This document shows positions 25,977-36,040 of a stretch of 64,000 bases of DNA, one piece after another. The translations under genes and the position numbers were made by a program. The notes below the pieces were generated by a model. It was not told where the DNA came from. It did not search any database and saw only the letters and a program-made list of their open reading frames with translations. Numbering within the stretch: the stretch's first letter is position 1; each line of letters begins with the position of its first letter. Source of the DNA: Escherichia phage vB_EcoM_JS09; sequence record NC_024124.2, one strand, 5' to 3'.

Positions 25977-26551
25977 TATGCAATCTCCATCTCACGAATC
26001 AAATCTGTGATAAACGAGTTTATATCTTCTTTTGCAACAATTTTTATTTTACGAAGTTTTTCGTTATCTAATACTGCCGCTTCATAAGTATCTACTGCAG
26101 CTAAAGGTCCTTTATATTGCGGATACTTACGAGCTTCATCACCTTTATCGTACCACACTAAAGGCTCGTCCGGATATGAAACCAAATTGTAAAATTTCTC
26201 ACGGTTCTCGTTAATATGATAAAGAATTTGGTCTCCGCCGGCATTTGCATATTTCTGAATAGAAGCTTGATACGCTGCTTCCTGAGATGTAATCCAACCA
26301 TAATACGGGTCATAGTTATCGTTGCACATCAAAAGAACCCAGTATAATTGTGGGTTTCCATAAATTATGTTTGCTAGTTCTTCAGGACGTGGAGAGCCTT
26401 TAATGTAATAAGAACGTAATCTATAATTGGCAGCCACACGCTTAAAGTACTCTTTATAGTTACGAAATATGTCTGTCATAGGAATAGTAGGTGCATTCTT
26501 ATTAACTGTTTTAGCACTATATCCTATTGGGTCGAAGAATGTAAATAACAA
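25976..26551 (-). CDS. 53: baseplate wedge protein gp53
   Basis: 191 aa; MLFTFFDPIGYSAKTVNKNAPTIPMTDIF... matches T4 gp53. Confidence 0.9.
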   Translation of the reverse strand: MLFTFFDPIGYSAKTVNKNAPTIPMTDIFRNYKEYFKRVAANYRLRSYYIKGSPRPEELANIIYGNPQLYWVLLMCNDNYDPYYGWITSQEAAYQASIQKYANAGGDQILYHINENREKFYNLVSYPDEPLVWYDKGDEARKYPQYKGPLAAVDTYEAAVLDNEKLRKIKIVAKEDINSFITDLIREMEIA

Positions 26552-26578
26552 GATAGTCTCCTTCCAATATGAAATTGG

Positions 26579-26586
26579 TATAAATA
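26579..26586 (+). promoter_or_regulatory. late promoter TATAAATA for gene 4 (divergent)
   Basis: tataaata on plus strand about 27 nt upstream of gene 4 ATG; SD aaggagga follows. Confidence 0.55.
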
Positions 26587-26593
26587 ATAATAC

Positions 26594-26601
26594 TATTTAT
26601 A
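26594..26601 (-). promoter_or_regulatory. late promoter TATAAATA for gene 53 (divergent)
   Basis: tatttata on plus strand in the 53/4 divergent intergenic region. Confidence 0.5.
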
Positions 26602-26612
26602 AGGAGGACAAC

Positions 26613-27062
26613 ATGGCCTACTCTGGTAAATGGGTCCCAAAAAATTTAAAAAAATACCGTGGAGACCATACCAAAATAACGTATCGTTCAAACTGGGAAA
26701 AATTCTTTTTCGAATGGTTGGATAAAAATCCAGAAATTATTGCATGGGGTAGTGAAACAGCAGTAATTCCATATTTTTGTAATGCTGAAGGTAAGAAACG
26801 TCGATACTATATGGACATATGGATGAAAGATGCATCAGGTCAAGAGTTCTTTGTAGAAATAAAACCAAAGAAAGAAACTCAGCCACCTATTAAACCGGTG
26901 AATCTTACAACTGCGGCTAAGAAACGTTATATGAATGAAATCTACACGTGGTCTGTGAACTGTGACAAATGGAAAGCTGCCTCAGCTGTTGCTGAAAAGA
27001 GAAATATAAAATTTCGAGTTCTAACCGAAGACGGACTTAGAAAACTCGGATACAAGGGGTAA
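26613..27062 (+). CDS. 4: head completion protein gp4
   Basis: Track ORF 26469..; start at internal Met [18 protein letters not shown]... with SD aaggagga; matches T4 gp4. Confidence 0.9.
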   Translation: MAYSGKWVPKNLKKYRGDHTKITYRSNWEKFFFEWLDKNPEIIAWGSETAVIPYFCNAEGKKRRYYMDIWMKDASGQEFFVEIKPKKETQPPIKPVNLTTAAKKRYMNEIYTWSVNCDKWKAASAVAEKRNIKFRVLTEDGLRKLGYKG

Positions 27063-27064
27063 TT

Positions 27065-27886
27065 ATGAGCATATTCCAAATTATATCTGAAGGCGTACAA
27101 GCCCCTAAGATTGCTCAGTCTATGAATGAAAGAAAATGGATTGAGATAGGATTAGAATACAGGAAAGCTAAAGAGAAAGGAATCACTGCAAAAGCATTTG
27201 CAGAATCAAAAGGAATAAAATACTCGTCGTTTACATCTGCAATGTCTAGATATGCATCATCTATTAAGACTGCACAGAAAATTGAAACGCTTGAATCTAA
27301 ACCTAAAAATAAACTCAATAAGCAAGAACGTCAACTTCTGATGATAAACTCGTTTCGCAGTTCAATACGAGAAAAGATTAGAAATGAAGGCGCAGCAGTA
27401 AACAACAAATCATCTAAGTGGTTTGTTGAAACAATTAAGAAAAGTGTAAAAGGTCATAAAGTAGTCAAGCCTACGCCAGGCAAAATTTATACTTACGTTT
27501 ATGATGCTAAACATAAAGATACTCTGCCATACTGGGACCGATATCCTTTGATTATTTATTTAGGATTAGGTAAACATAATTTGATGTATGGGTTAAACTT
27601 GCACTATATCCCACCTAAAGCACGTCAACAGTTTCTTGAAGAATTGCTGAAGCAATATGCTAGCACAACTACTATTACTAATAACACAAAGTTGAAGATA
27701 GACTGGAGCAAGGTGAAAGGATTTCAAGGTGCTGACAAAATGATTAAAGCATACCTGCCAGGCCACATTAGAGGAACAATAACAGAAATAGCTCCTAAAG
27801 ACTGGGCTAACATAATCATGTTACCTACTCAGCAGTTTATGTCAAAAGGAAAACGTTTCTCTGCGAATACTGTTTGGAAATCTTAA
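27065..27886 (+). CDS. 2: DNA end protector protein gp2
   Basis: 273 aa; T4 synteny 4-2-3-1. Confidence 0.85.
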   Translation: MSIFQIISEGVQAPKIAQSMNERKWIEIGLEYRKAKEKGITAKAFAESKGIKYSSFTSAMSRYASSIKTAQKIETLESKPKNKLNKQERQLLMINSFRSSIREKIRNEGAAVNNKSSKWFVETIKKSVKGHKVVKPTPGKIYTYVYDAKHKDTLPYWDRYPLIIYLGLGKHNLMYGLNLHYIPPKARQQFLEELLKQYASTTTITNNTKLKIDWSKVKGFQGADKMIKAYLPGHIRGTITEIAPKDWANIIMLPTQQFMSKGKRFSANTVWKS

Positions 27887-27988
27887 TTCTATTCTCTTCC
27901 GTTCGTCTGATATTCTATTGAACCGGATTAATGGAAGAGACCTAAAACCATTATACTGCATTTTTATTAAAGCGTTTTTGAGGTGCTT

Positions 27989-28573
27989 ATGACTCGTCCA
28001 GCGAGACAGATTTTTAACCAAACAAATATAACAAACTTTGTTGTGGATATCCCAGATAGTACACGAACTTCAGGTTTTGTGCTCAATGCCCAAACGGCTC
28101 CATTGCCAGGTGTGAGAATTCCTGTTGTTGAAACTGTGACAGGCACAATGGGGCTAGGGCGTGCAATGCGTGCAGGCACCACATTTGAATATGACCCTTT
28201 TATTGTACGATTTATAGTTGATGAAGACATGACGTCCTGGATGAACATGTATAAATGGATGCTCAGCACTAATAACTATATAACCGGCCATAATACGGCC
28301 CACTCTGATGGTCCTGAGTTTGTTACTTTGCACATTTTAAACAACAATAAGACCGAAGTAGTTTTGACGGCAAATTTCTATAAACCATGGATTTCTGATT
28401 TGAGTGAAATTGAATTTAGTTACACTGAAGACTCTGACCCTGCCGTTACGTGCGTAGCAACTATTCACTACGCGTATATGACGATAGAAAAAGATGGCGA
28501 AGTCATTGTATCTCAACAACCACGTCAAGCGGTCGAATCTAAATCCATTTCTAGACACCCTTCCTTGCGTTAA
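27989..28573 (+). CDS. 3: tail completion / sheath stabiliser gp3
   Basis: Track start is GTG at 27983; ATG at 27989 gives MTRPARQIF...; T4 synteny. Confidence 0.75.
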   Translation: MTRPARQIFNQTNITNFVVDIPDSTRTSGFVLNAQTAPLPGVRIPVVETVTGTMGLGRAMRAGTTFEYDPFIVRFIVDEDMTSWMNMYKWMLSTNNYITGHNTAHSDGPEFVTLHILNNNKTEVVLTANFYKPWISDLSEIEFSYTEDSDPAVTCVATIHYAYMTIEKDGEVIVSQQPRQAVESKSISRHPSLR

Positions 28574-28626
28574 TCGCTTCTAGCTCCGTATGTTATAATC
28601 GCTCATAAATTATATGAGGAAAACCT

Positions 28627-29361
28627 ATGGAGCTAATCTTTTTAAGCGGTATCAAACGTAGTGGTAAAGACACCACTGCTGATTATATCAATTCAAACTT
28701 TAAATCCGTAAAATACCAATTGGCATATCCGATTAAAGACGCTCTAGCAATAGCCTGGGGACGTAGGCATGCTGAAAATCCTGATGTATTCACAGAGTTG
28801 AAATACGAATACTTTGAAGGCATTGGATACGACCGTGAAACACCATTAAATCTCAATAAGTTGGATGTTATTGAATTATTGGAAGAAGCGCTAATTTATT
28901 TGCAAAGTCACTATTTACCAATTAATAATGTTAAAGTATTATCATCGTTAGAAGGTGGATATTCGTATCTAGATATTAAACCATATGAAGCCCTGCGTGA
29001 AGCTATAAATAATATCAACGACACATGGTCAATCCGCCGTCTTATGCAAGCCCTCGGTACGGATGTTGTCGTTAATTTATTTGACCGTATGTATTGGGTT
29101 AAACTTTTTGCATTAAACTATATGGATTATATTGGAAGTGATTTCGATTACTATGTTGTGACCGATACACGCCAAGTCCATGAAATGGAAACCGCTAGAG
29201 CGATGGGTGCTACAGTTATTCATGTGGTTCGCTCTGGTACGGAATCCACCGATAAACATATTACAGAAGCTGGGTTGCCTATTGAAGAAGGCGATTTAGT
29301 TATTACAAACGACGGCTCTTTAGAAGAGCTTTATTCTAAAATTGAAACAATCTTAAGGTAA
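28627..29361 (+). CDS. 1: deoxynucleoside monophosphate kinase gp1
   Basis: 244 aa; P-loop LSGIKRSGKDT; matches T4 gp1. Confidence 0.92.
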   Translation: MELIFLSGIKRSGKDTTADYINSNFKSVKYQLAYPIKDALAIAWGRRHAENPDVFTELKYEYFEGIGYDRETPLNLNKLDVIELLEEALIYLQSHYLPINNVKVLSSLEGGYSYLDIKPYEALREAINNINDTWSIRRLMQALGTDVVVNLFDRMYWVKLFALNYMDYIGSDFDYYVVTDTRQVHEMETARAMGATVIHVVRSGTESTDKHITEAGLPIEEGDLVITNDGSLEELYSKIETILR

Positions 29362-29365
29362 TAAA

Positions 29366-30051
<686 letters not shown>

Positions 30052-30064
30052 TTTTCACAAAACA

Positions 30065-30094
30065 GTTTACATAAGGATGATGGTGTGTTACTAT
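30065..30094 (+). promoter_or_regulatory. T4-type early promoter (GTTTAC -35, TACTAT -10) with inverted repeat ggatgatg/catcatcc
   Basis: Motif read from sequence; upstream of 30129 CDS. Confidence 0.55.
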
Positions 30095-30128
30095 CATCCT
30101 ATCAAATAAACAACCTCAAGGAAATAAA

Positions 30129-30416
30129 ATGAAAACCTATAAAGAATTTATATCACCTGTTGCTAACGTTTCTACTCTGACTGAAGCAACCCTTACTTCC
30201 GAAGTTATTAAAGCAAACAAAGGCCGTGAGGGTAAACCAATGATTAGTCTAGCTGACGGCGAAGAAGTAAAAGGTACTGTTTACTTAGGAGACGGGTGGT
30301 CCGCTAAGAAAGATGGCGCTACTATTGTTATCTCTCCGGCTGAAGAGACTGCACTGTTTAAAGCTAAGCACATTTCTGTAGCTCAGCTTAAAATTATTGC
30401 AAAAACTCTTCTGTAA
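30129..30416 (+). CDS. internal head protein with capsid targeting sequence (ipI position)
   Basis: 95 aa; N-terminal MKTYKEFI capsid-targeting-sequence motif; adjacent to 57B where T4 ipI lies. Confidence 0.6.
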   Translation: MKTYKEFISPVANVSTLTEATLTSEVIKANKGREGKPMISLADGEEVKGTVYLGDGWSAKKDGATIVISPAEETALFKAKHISVAQLKIIAKTLL

Positions 30417-30419
30417 GTA

Positions 30420-30449
30420 GTTTACACGCTGATAGGACTATGTTATAGT
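30420..30449 (+). promoter_or_regulatory. early promoter cassette with palindrome GATAGGACTA...TAGTCCTATC around -10
   Basis: GTTTAC, 18-nt spacer, TATAGT; perfect 10-bp inverted repeat flanks the -10. Confidence 0.55.
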
Positions 30450-30487
30450 AGTCCTATCAAAACAAAATGAGTAAATGGAGAAATAAA

Positions 30488-30673
30488 ATGAAACGCGCTG
30501 AACTGATTCGTAATGTTGCTGTAGTAATTGCTTCAATGGCTTTTAGTTTTTCGATGTTTGTAGGATTCATTTGTGGACTACTGACAACAACAGAAAATTC
30601 TATCTCATTGGTAGTAGCATTTCTAATCGGCTTAATCGCTATCGTTATGGATAAAATTGCAAAAGGTGAGTAA
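30488..30673 (+). CDS. small hydrophobic membrane protein
   Basis: Track ORF 30467..; second ATG follows SD ggag in the conserved leader; 61 aa, mostly hydrophobic. Confidence 0.5.
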   Translation: MKRAELIRNVAVVIASMAFSFSMFVGFICGLLTTTENSISLVVAFLIGLIAIVMDKIAKGE

Positions 30674-30674
30674 A

Positions 30675-31037
30675 ATGAAATATCACGTATATGCGGATTT
30701 TGAAGCAAATCCTTCTAAAGACCCTGATTGTCGTTTGATACGCAGACCATTTGATTCAGCAGCTCAAGCATGGGCTTGGATTAAATCTAAATCGCCTGGT
30801 TATATGTTCTTTGAAGTAGTCGATGACAATGGTACACTGCATCCAGCCCCTACGGAAACTATTAATTTCCTTCTGTTTGCCGGTTACGACTGTTATCCTC
30901 TTGGCGGTATTGACGACCTTGTTGCTACAGGAAAAACTGTTGAGGCTCTTCGCGAAATTTGTAAAAACGCAGAAGAAAATTTTGACTGGTATCATATTGT
31001 TGATGCTCATACCTTTGAAATGGTGGAACATTCATGA
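30675..31037 (+). CDS. hypothetical protein
   Basis: Track ORF 30657.. (TTG); ATG at 30675 gives MKYHVYADFEANPSKD... Confidence 0.55.
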   Translation: MKYHVYADFEANPSKDPDCRLIRRPFDSAAQAWAWIKSKSPGYMFFEVVDDNGTLHPAPTETINFLLFAGYDCYPLGGIDDLVATGKTVEALREICKNAEENFDWYHIVDAHTFEMVEHS

Positions 31038-31324
31038 TTCTTTATGCTAAGGTAAAATCCGTTGAGAATGGATATGAAAGCGACCGAGCTGCAGCTAAAG
31101 CACTAGTCGATTACTATGGTATTTTGACCCACTTTGAAGTTGAAAAGGTTTACGTCGACCGTTCATCTTCACAGGTTAAATTACTTTGGGAAGACCGCAA
31201 ATTTAATAGTGTGAACTTTGATTTCTTTATTGAAACAGAAAAAGGTCCTCTTGAATATGATATTTTCAAGAATCCTTTGAAATTATGTTGCATTGAATAT
31301 AATTACATTAATATGGTACGGTGA
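31034..31324 (+). CDS. hypothetical protein
   Basis: 96 aa ORF, ATGA overlap with upstream gene. Confidence 0.55.
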   Translation: MILYAKVKSVENGYESDRAAAKALVDYYGILTHFEVEKVYVDRSSSQVKLLWEDRKFNSVNFDFFIETEKGPLEYDIFKNPLKLCCIEYNYINMVR

Positions 31325-31328
31325 GTAA

Positions 31329-31844
31329 ATGAATATTTGTTTAGGCAGTACAATTCCTAAAGGTTACGTAATTGATGTCACTACTTGGGAAAATGACGGC
31401 GACAACTATAAAACCAAAACATTATTTGGTGTAGAAGAGCATGAGCTCCAACAGTTTAAATATCTCTTGAAGAAATTTAAGAGTCGTCATTCTAGCACTA
31501 AAGCTGAACGTTACTGTGGTAATACACCATTCAGTGATTGCTCGCTTTTAATCTATGAATACTTGGTTGAAGGACTGTTCTCAGACCAGCTTTATCCAGA
31601 ATTCATTAAAAAGGTCTTTGATATTGAAGTCGACCTTGGTAATAAATCTGAAGAAGACGAATCGCGTGTATTCGACCTGTTCTTTGTGAAAGGCGATGAG
31701 ATATCCCAAGGCCTTATTGATATTCTTGGCTATGCTTCTGAATACTACGACTATGATTTCTTGCGTGTAGTTGAACGTGTTGAATTCGCTTATATTGAAG
31801 AAGAAATTGTTTTGCCGACTGTTAAAATGATTGATTTGCTTTAA
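31329..31844 (+). CDS. hypothetical protein
   Basis: 171 aa ORF, acidic. Confidence 0.55.
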   Translation: MNICLGSTIPKGYVIDVTTWENDGDNYKTKTLFGVEEHELQQFKYLLKKFKSRHSSTKAERYCGNTPFSDCSLLIYEYLVEGLFSDQLYPEFIKKVFDIEVDLGNKSEEDESRVFDLFFVKGDEISQGLIDILGYASEYYDYDFLRVVERVEFAYIEEEIVLPTVKMIDLL

Positions 31845-31923
31845 GAATTATGTGTTATTATTAATTCATACCCTCTATTACCAAAGGTGCTCTAAAGTGC
31901 CTTTCATAATAGAAAGTTATTTA

Positions 31924-31995
31924 GGCCCTGTAGCTCAATGGGAGAGCTGTCAGCTCATAACTGATAGGTAGCTGGATCGAAACCAGCCAGGGTCA
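31924..31995 (+). tRNA. tRNA with anticodon CAT (Met, or Ile2 if lysidine-modified); genomic CCA follows at 31996-31998
   Basis: Hand-folded cloverleaf: acceptor ggccctg/cagggtc, D stem gctc/gagc, anticodon stem gtcag/ctgat with loop ctCATaa, T stem gctgg/ccagc. Confidence 0.8.
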
Positions 31996-32001
31996 CCAAT
32001 C

Positions 32002-32075
<74 letters not shown>

Positions 32076-32096
32076 CCAACTTTAAGTGAGGAAAAT

Positions 32097-32441
32097 ATGA
32101 AAGGCAATATTTATCTGGTAGTTCATGACTTAACGTTTTATTTTAACGAACGTGAAACAGTTATTTCCGATAGGTTAATTAATTCGCTGTATCAGCATGC
32201 TGATTATGTCTATTTTCAAAATGAATTCGGACATTGGAAGTTTCTTAAAAACCGTTCCGGGTTAACTAGTTTTGAATACTTTGACCGTAAAGACCTTTTA
32301 AACGAAATTCCATTACAACATCGGTTCCAGAAACGCGAATCACTATACTATTGTCGTCATATACCAAATGCTGAATGTGTTGATGAAGTAATTAATCTAT
32401 GGCGTAGACGTAGAGAACAAATTGATGATATGTCAAAATAA
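32097..32441 (+). CDS. hypothetical protein
   Basis: Track ORF starts at TTG 32049 inside tRNA-Arg; ATG 32097 with SD gaggaaaat is the likely start. Confidence 0.55.
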   Translation: MKGNIYLVVHDLTFYFNERETVISDRLINSLYQHADYVYFQNEFGHWKFLKNRSGLTSFEYFDRKDLLNEIPLQHRFQKRESLYYCRHIPNAECVDEVINLWRRRREQIDDMSK

Positions 32442-32744
32442 GAAGCCGGGTCGCTACCGGCAAGTCGTCGGACTGATGTTCCCTGAGTAAGGACTGGTCT
32501 TAATAAATCTTTATGATTTGTTAATATCCCCTTACATCACAGCAGAAACGGCGCAAAGAATTATCGATTCGAGGAAATATCTTTGCCGTAAGCCGAGTAG
32601 CGTTTTTGACGGAACGTTCGGATATGGTCGAGATATGGCCTTTTAAAAATATTGAGTAGCGTCAACTGCTTAATAACCGGGTTCGAATCCCGGCGTTTCG
32701 TACAAACACTTGCCTTAGTAGGTGGAAACCCCGACAAGGTATAT
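32442..32744 (+). ncRNA. candidate small stable RNA region (tRNA-cluster-associated, T4 RNA C/D-like position)
   Basis: About 300 bp non-coding stretch after the tRNAs; contains T-arm-like ccgggTTCGAATcccgg at about 32677-32693 and a repeated gagtagcgt motif; ends at a strong terminator. Confidence 0.3.
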
Positions 32745-32773
32745 AGCCCCTTCCGAAAGGTTGGGGCTTTTTT
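32745..32773 (+). terminator. rho-independent terminator
   Basis: agcccc-ttccgaaaggtt-ggggct followed by tttttt. Confidence 0.7.
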
Positions 32774-32817
32774 GTATAAATATAGTAAACAATAAACCTA
32801 CTTTCTAAGGACCATCA

Positions 32818-33444
32818 ATGTATACTTTTAATGAATTTTTAGCCGAAACGGAAGTAATCACCGAAGCCGGTGTACGTATGACAAAAGAGAAATGGCAAGC
32901 TGCTTACGATGCTATTTCTGGTACAAAAACTAGTACAGAGTTTTTCAAAAACGTTCAAGCCATGTATGGTATCGACACTTCCAGCCAAAAAGAATATTAC
33001 AGAGCTTCTAAAGCATTCAAAGATATTGTTAGTGGCGGTGTTTCTGCTAAATCGGGTTCGCCTAAAGTAAAACCTGCTCCTACCGTTCCTAAACCTGCGA
33101 CCCCTAAAGCAATAGCAAAACCTGAGCCTAAGCCGGAAGTAAAAGCAACTCCTAAAGCTCCCGCTCTTAAGTTTGATACTTCTAGCCTGGAAAAAAAATA
33201 TAAACAACTATCTTCGCTTGTTCGTGATATTGAATCCGATACATCTTCACTCGTTCGTGAATTCAACAGTCTTCGTAATGGCCAACATATCAACAACCTT
33301 GATACCCCAGACCTTTATCGTCTTTATTTGACTATCGAAGGTTTGAAGTATACTCAACCACTTCACGATGCGATTAAAGAAAAACTTCGTCAGGCAGGTC
33401 GTTTGGCTGCTGACGCTGCTCAGTATGCAAAAACTCGTAAGTAA
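32818..33444 (+). CDS. internal-protein-like protein with variant CTS and basic PAK-rich linker
   Basis: 208 aa; N-terminus MYTFNEFLAE resembles CTS; low-complexity KPAPTVPKPATPKAIAKPEPKPEVKATPKAP segment. Confidence 0.55.
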   Translation: MYTFNEFLAETEVITEAGVRMTKEKWQAAYDAISGTKTSTEFFKNVQAMYGIDTSSQKEYYRASKAFKDIVSGGVSAKSGSPKVKPAPTVPKPATPKAIAKPEPKPEVKATPKAPALKFDTSSLEKKYKQLSSLVRDIESDTSSLVREFNSLRNGQHINNLDTPDLYRLYLTIEGLKYTQPLHDAIKEKLRQAGRLAADAAQYAKTRK

Positions 33445-33449
33445 AGAAT

Positions 33450-33478
33450 GGGGACTTCGGTCCCCTTTAGGGGGTCTA
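33450..33478 (+). terminator. UUCG-tetraloop hairpin (ggggac-ttcg-gtcccc) with weak T tract
   Basis: GC stem and ttcg loop directly after the 32818 CDS stop. Confidence 0.45.
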
Positions 33479-33496
33479 TAACTTACTGAAAAAGTT

Positions 33497-33525
33497 GTTT
33501 ACTTCTTCCCTAGATGTGTTACTAT
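33497..33525 (+). promoter_or_regulatory. T4-type early promoter (GTTTAC / TACTAT)
   Basis: 17-nt spacer; upstream of 33554 CDS. Confidence 0.55.
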
Positions 33526-33553
33526 GGTCCTATTAAAACATGAGGAGAATAGT

Positions 33554-33859
33554 ATGAGTCTTTATACTGAACTGAATAAAAAATCTGAAGAATCTGCTGA
33601 AACTATTTTTAAAAACGTGCAAAAGCGTATTTTAGAAAAGATGTATAACACTGCAGCTAAAGGTGAAAAATCTTGCCGGTTCCCGATGAGGTGTTCTTCT
33701 GATTTATGCGCAAATACTATTGAATGGCTGGAAAGTGAAGGTCTTACGGTAGAGAAAAACCCGGCGATTTCTATTGACAGTGAATCATATATTAGTATTT
33801 CTTGGGATAAACCACGTACGAATGAAGGATACTACAAGTTGTTAAGTTGGAAAAATTAA
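33554..33859 (+). CDS. hypothetical protein
   Basis: Track ORF 33524..; start at MSLYTELNKK... after SD gaggag. Confidence 0.5.
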   Translation: MSLYTELNKKSEESAETIFKNVQKRILEKMYNTAAKGEKSCRFPMRCSSDLCANTIEWLESEGLTVEKNPAISIDSESYISISWDKPRTNEGYYKLLSWKN

Positions 33860-33867
33860 AAATAATG

Positions 33868-33898
33868 ATGTACAAACACCAAGGATGGTGATACTATA
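33868..33898 (+). promoter_or_regulatory. early promoter variant (ATGTAC -35, TACTAT -10)
   Basis: Same cassette family as other TGTACA-type copies. Confidence 0.4.
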
Positions 33899-33927
33899 GA
33901 CTTATCAACTACAGAGGAGTAAACAAA

Positions 33928-34092
33928 ATGACTACTTTAATTATTTGGTTCGATGAAAATGAAGAAACATACTGTGTGAATATTGGTGAAAGTCCAATGC
34001 CTGAATTTGAATCCTCAGATAAAAACTCTGTTGTATCTTGGGCTGAAGGTTATAAAGCCGCTAAAGGTGACGTTGAAATAATTTACATCTAA
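33928..34092 (+). CDS. small hypothetical protein (54 aa, below ORF-track cutoff)
   Basis: ATG after SD gaggag; MTTLIIWFDENEETYCVNIGESPMPEFESSDK... Confidence 0.4.
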   Translation: MTTLIIWFDENEETYCVNIGESPMPEFESSDKNSVVSWAEGYKAAKGDVEIIYI

Positions 34093-34110
34093 GTACGTTT
34101 ATGTTATAGT
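34081..34110 (+). promoter_or_regulatory. early promoter (ATTTAC / TATAGT)
   Basis: 18-nt spacer; upstream of 34139 CDS. Confidence 0.4.
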
Positions 34111-34138
34111 AATCACATCAAATCAAGAGGAAAATAAA

Positions 34139-34366
34139 ATGGCTAAAGTTAGTATTGATGTCGTTGATTATGAATACACCGAAGAAGTTATTCGCAACCG
34201 ACACCCTGAAGTTCATATCGATTCAGTCCAAGATTCCAAGTTCTGGACAACTGAGCTTAATCTGAGTGGTCCTTATGAAGCTGTTAAGAAGTTCATGGTT
34301 GAAGAATACTGCGAAGGCATGCACCCCGAAGACGCCAAGTTTTATGTCAATTTGATTAAAAAATAA
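34139..34366 (+). CDS. hypothetical protein
   Basis: 75 aa ORF with SD agagga. Confidence 0.55.
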   Translation: MAKVSIDVVDYEYTEEVIRNRHPEVHIDSVQDSKFWTTELNLSGPYEAVKKFMVEEYCEGMHPEDAKFYVNLIKK

Positions 34367-34436
34367 TTTACAAACTCTTGAGAGCAGAGTATAATGCTCT
34401 CGTTGGATAATAAACCACCAATTGAAAGGTAATAAT

Positions 34437-35030
34437 ATGAACACACTGAAGAAACTTGTCGAATTCATCCGCACTAAACTGGGTACTGCTATGGCTAAAA
34501 ATCTGACTGTCGAAGAACAGTATAACGCAGCTGCAGATAAGTTGATTACCCAAATCAAAGAACTAAAAACGGCTTCTGTTAAATCTATTAATGAAGAAAA
34601 ACGTATTCGCGAACTTGTTAATGAAAAGAACAAGCAAGCCGCTTCTAAGGAACGTGAAATTCGTAAGCTCCTGGCCGAAGGACAAGATGTTACCATGCAT
34701 GCTAAGCTTGGTCTTCTGTATCGTCGAACTGCCGAACAACTTAATACAAAAGCTGACGGGTATGCCGCTATGCGAATTGAAATTGCTCGTAAGGTGGTTG
34801 AACTTGACGATGCTCGTCAGAATCTGGCAATCAAACTCGAATACATTCGTGAAACTCGAGCAGCTAATGCCCTTGGTATCTCTACGGCTGATGATGTAAT
34901 TGAAATCGCTGCACTGACTAAGGTTGATATCGAAGACACTCTGACTCGTGTTGAAACGTTCAATGGCACTCCAGCTGGTGTCGAAACCACTTCTGCTGAT
35001 GTACAAGAATATATTAACTCTTTGAAATAA
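34437..35030 (+). CDS. coiled-coil protein
   Basis: Track ORF 34422..; long predicted helical / heptad-rich sequence; function unknown. Confidence 0.55.
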   Translation: MNTLKKLVEFIRTKLGTAMAKNLTVEEQYNAAADKLITQIKELKTASVKSINEEKRIRELVNEKNKQAASKEREIRKLLAEGQDVTMHAKLGLLYRRTAEQLNTKADGYAAMRIEIARKVVELDDARQNLAIKLEYIRETRAANALGISTADDVIEIAALTKVDIEDTLTRVETFNGTPAGVETTSADVQEYINSLK

Positions 35031-35038
35031 AATAATAC

Positions 35039-35060
35039 GGAGGACTCCGGTCCTCCTTTT
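35039..35060 (+). terminator. rho-independent terminator
   Basis: ggaggac-tccg-gtcctcc followed by tttt. Confidence 0.65.
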
Positions 35061-35079
35061 GGATAATAAAGGAGTTAAC

Positions 35080-35676
35080 ATGCGAAACCAAAATAATGAT
35101 ATTGACTCAATGTTCGAAGAGTTCCGAGATAAGGTAAATCCACCTACGTCTTTAGTTGATTCATTACGATATGTTGCAACTGGACGTAAATGGTACTGGT
35201 CGTCTTCTTATGAGACAACTGAATATGCAAATAACCGAAAATCTTTATTAGCCCCAGGTATTATGATTCATGATATCGGAGCTATTGCTAAACTAGTTGC
35301 AGACCATGATATTAGATTCACTGATTTCGTTGCTCCTACGTGGTCTGTTTGTTGTTTAAACACTGAATGGGACTATATCAGTGAACGTTCAGATGATTAC
35401 GTAGGCTTTAGAGACAAGCTTTTAAGGTCTAACATGTTTTATATTGATACAGAAGTTCTGGTCAATAATAAAAAATACTACTTCACTTTAATCGTCGATT
35501 CTGAAACTATGTATGAAGGCAAGCCTTTGCTTAAAAGAGTTGATGCTTTAAGTGCTATTGATGCGCTTTATGAAACTATGGTTGTTAGTCCTAATTTCAC
35601 TAACAATTTAATCCTTGAGCAATTTATTATGGAATGTAGAGAATATGTCAAAGCCAACCCTGTACATGCCAATTAA
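35080..35676 (+). CDS. hypothetical protein
   Basis: Track ORF 35059..; ATG at 35080 after SD aaaggag. Confidence 0.55.
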   Translation: MRNQNNDIDSMFEEFRDKVNPPTSLVDSLRYVATGRKWYWSSSYETTEYANNRKSLLAPGIMIHDIGAIAKLVADHDIRFTDFVAPTWSVCCLNTEWDYISERSDDYVGFRDKLLRSNMFYIDTEVLVNNKKYYFTLIVDSETMYEGKPLLKRVDALSAIDALYETMVVSPNFTNNLILEQFIMECREYVKANPVHAN

Positions 35677-36040
35677 GCCCTGGGCATACGAATACAAACG
35701 TAAATTAATCCCAAATGAAGTACTATTTGGCCCTATTTTAGCTTTAGCATTTTTAATCTTTATGATTATAGGAGCTATTTTAGATTCCAATAAAGTTATA
35801 TCGTCTGATGCAGTGTTTTTACTTATTATACCCGGGTCGTTTATTGTACCATTTTTATTAATGCCTATTAACTGGGTGGGATATTGGTACCAAGGACGTC
35901 ATCATAGAGCCCGATTAAGAGAATGGAAAGTTCAGTGCGCAAAAGCCCAAGCTCAGTATGATGAAGCTGTTAAAAAGTATGAATACGAAGAAGCTATGGA
36001 ATTCGTTAAGGAAATAAGATGCAAAAGCCTCAACTCTTAA
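35645..36040 (+). CDS. small membrane protein, family with C-terminal F-I/V-K-E-x-R tail (member 1)
   Basis: Two predicted TM helices; C-terminus EFVKEIRCK; start uncertain (track 35615). Confidence 0.5.
   Translation: MSKPTLYMPIKPWAYEYKRKLIPNEVLFGPILALAFLIFMIIGAILDSNKVISSDAVFLLIIPGSFIVPFLLMPINWVGYWYQGRHHRARLREWKVQCAKAQAQYDEAVKKYEYEEAMEFVKEIRCKSLNS

Noticed and set aside
32626-32703. Possible third tRNA suggested by a canonical T-arm (ccgggTTCGAATcccgg)
   Set aside because: No 7-bp acceptor stem can be paired with the sequence 5' of it and no anticodon arm folds; treated as part of a candidate small RNA instead.
32839-33296. Minus-strand ORFs (122 and 99 aa) antisense to the 32818..33444 gene
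   Set aside because: Low-complexity antisense translations of a Pro/Lys/Ala-rich gene; no RBS; all neighbouring genes are on the plus strand.
34437-35030. Possible PspA/IM30-like (ESCRT-III superfamily) identity for the coiled-coil protein
   Set aside because: Only generic coiled-coil character could be seen; no specific PspA motif could be matched by eye, so it is annotated only as a coiled-coil protein.
34223-35081. Minus-strand ORFs of 157 and 172 aa antisense to the plus-strand genes at 34139-35030
   Set aside because: Antisense to well-supported plus-strand genes with promoter cassettes; no start context; typical AT-rich shadow ORFs.
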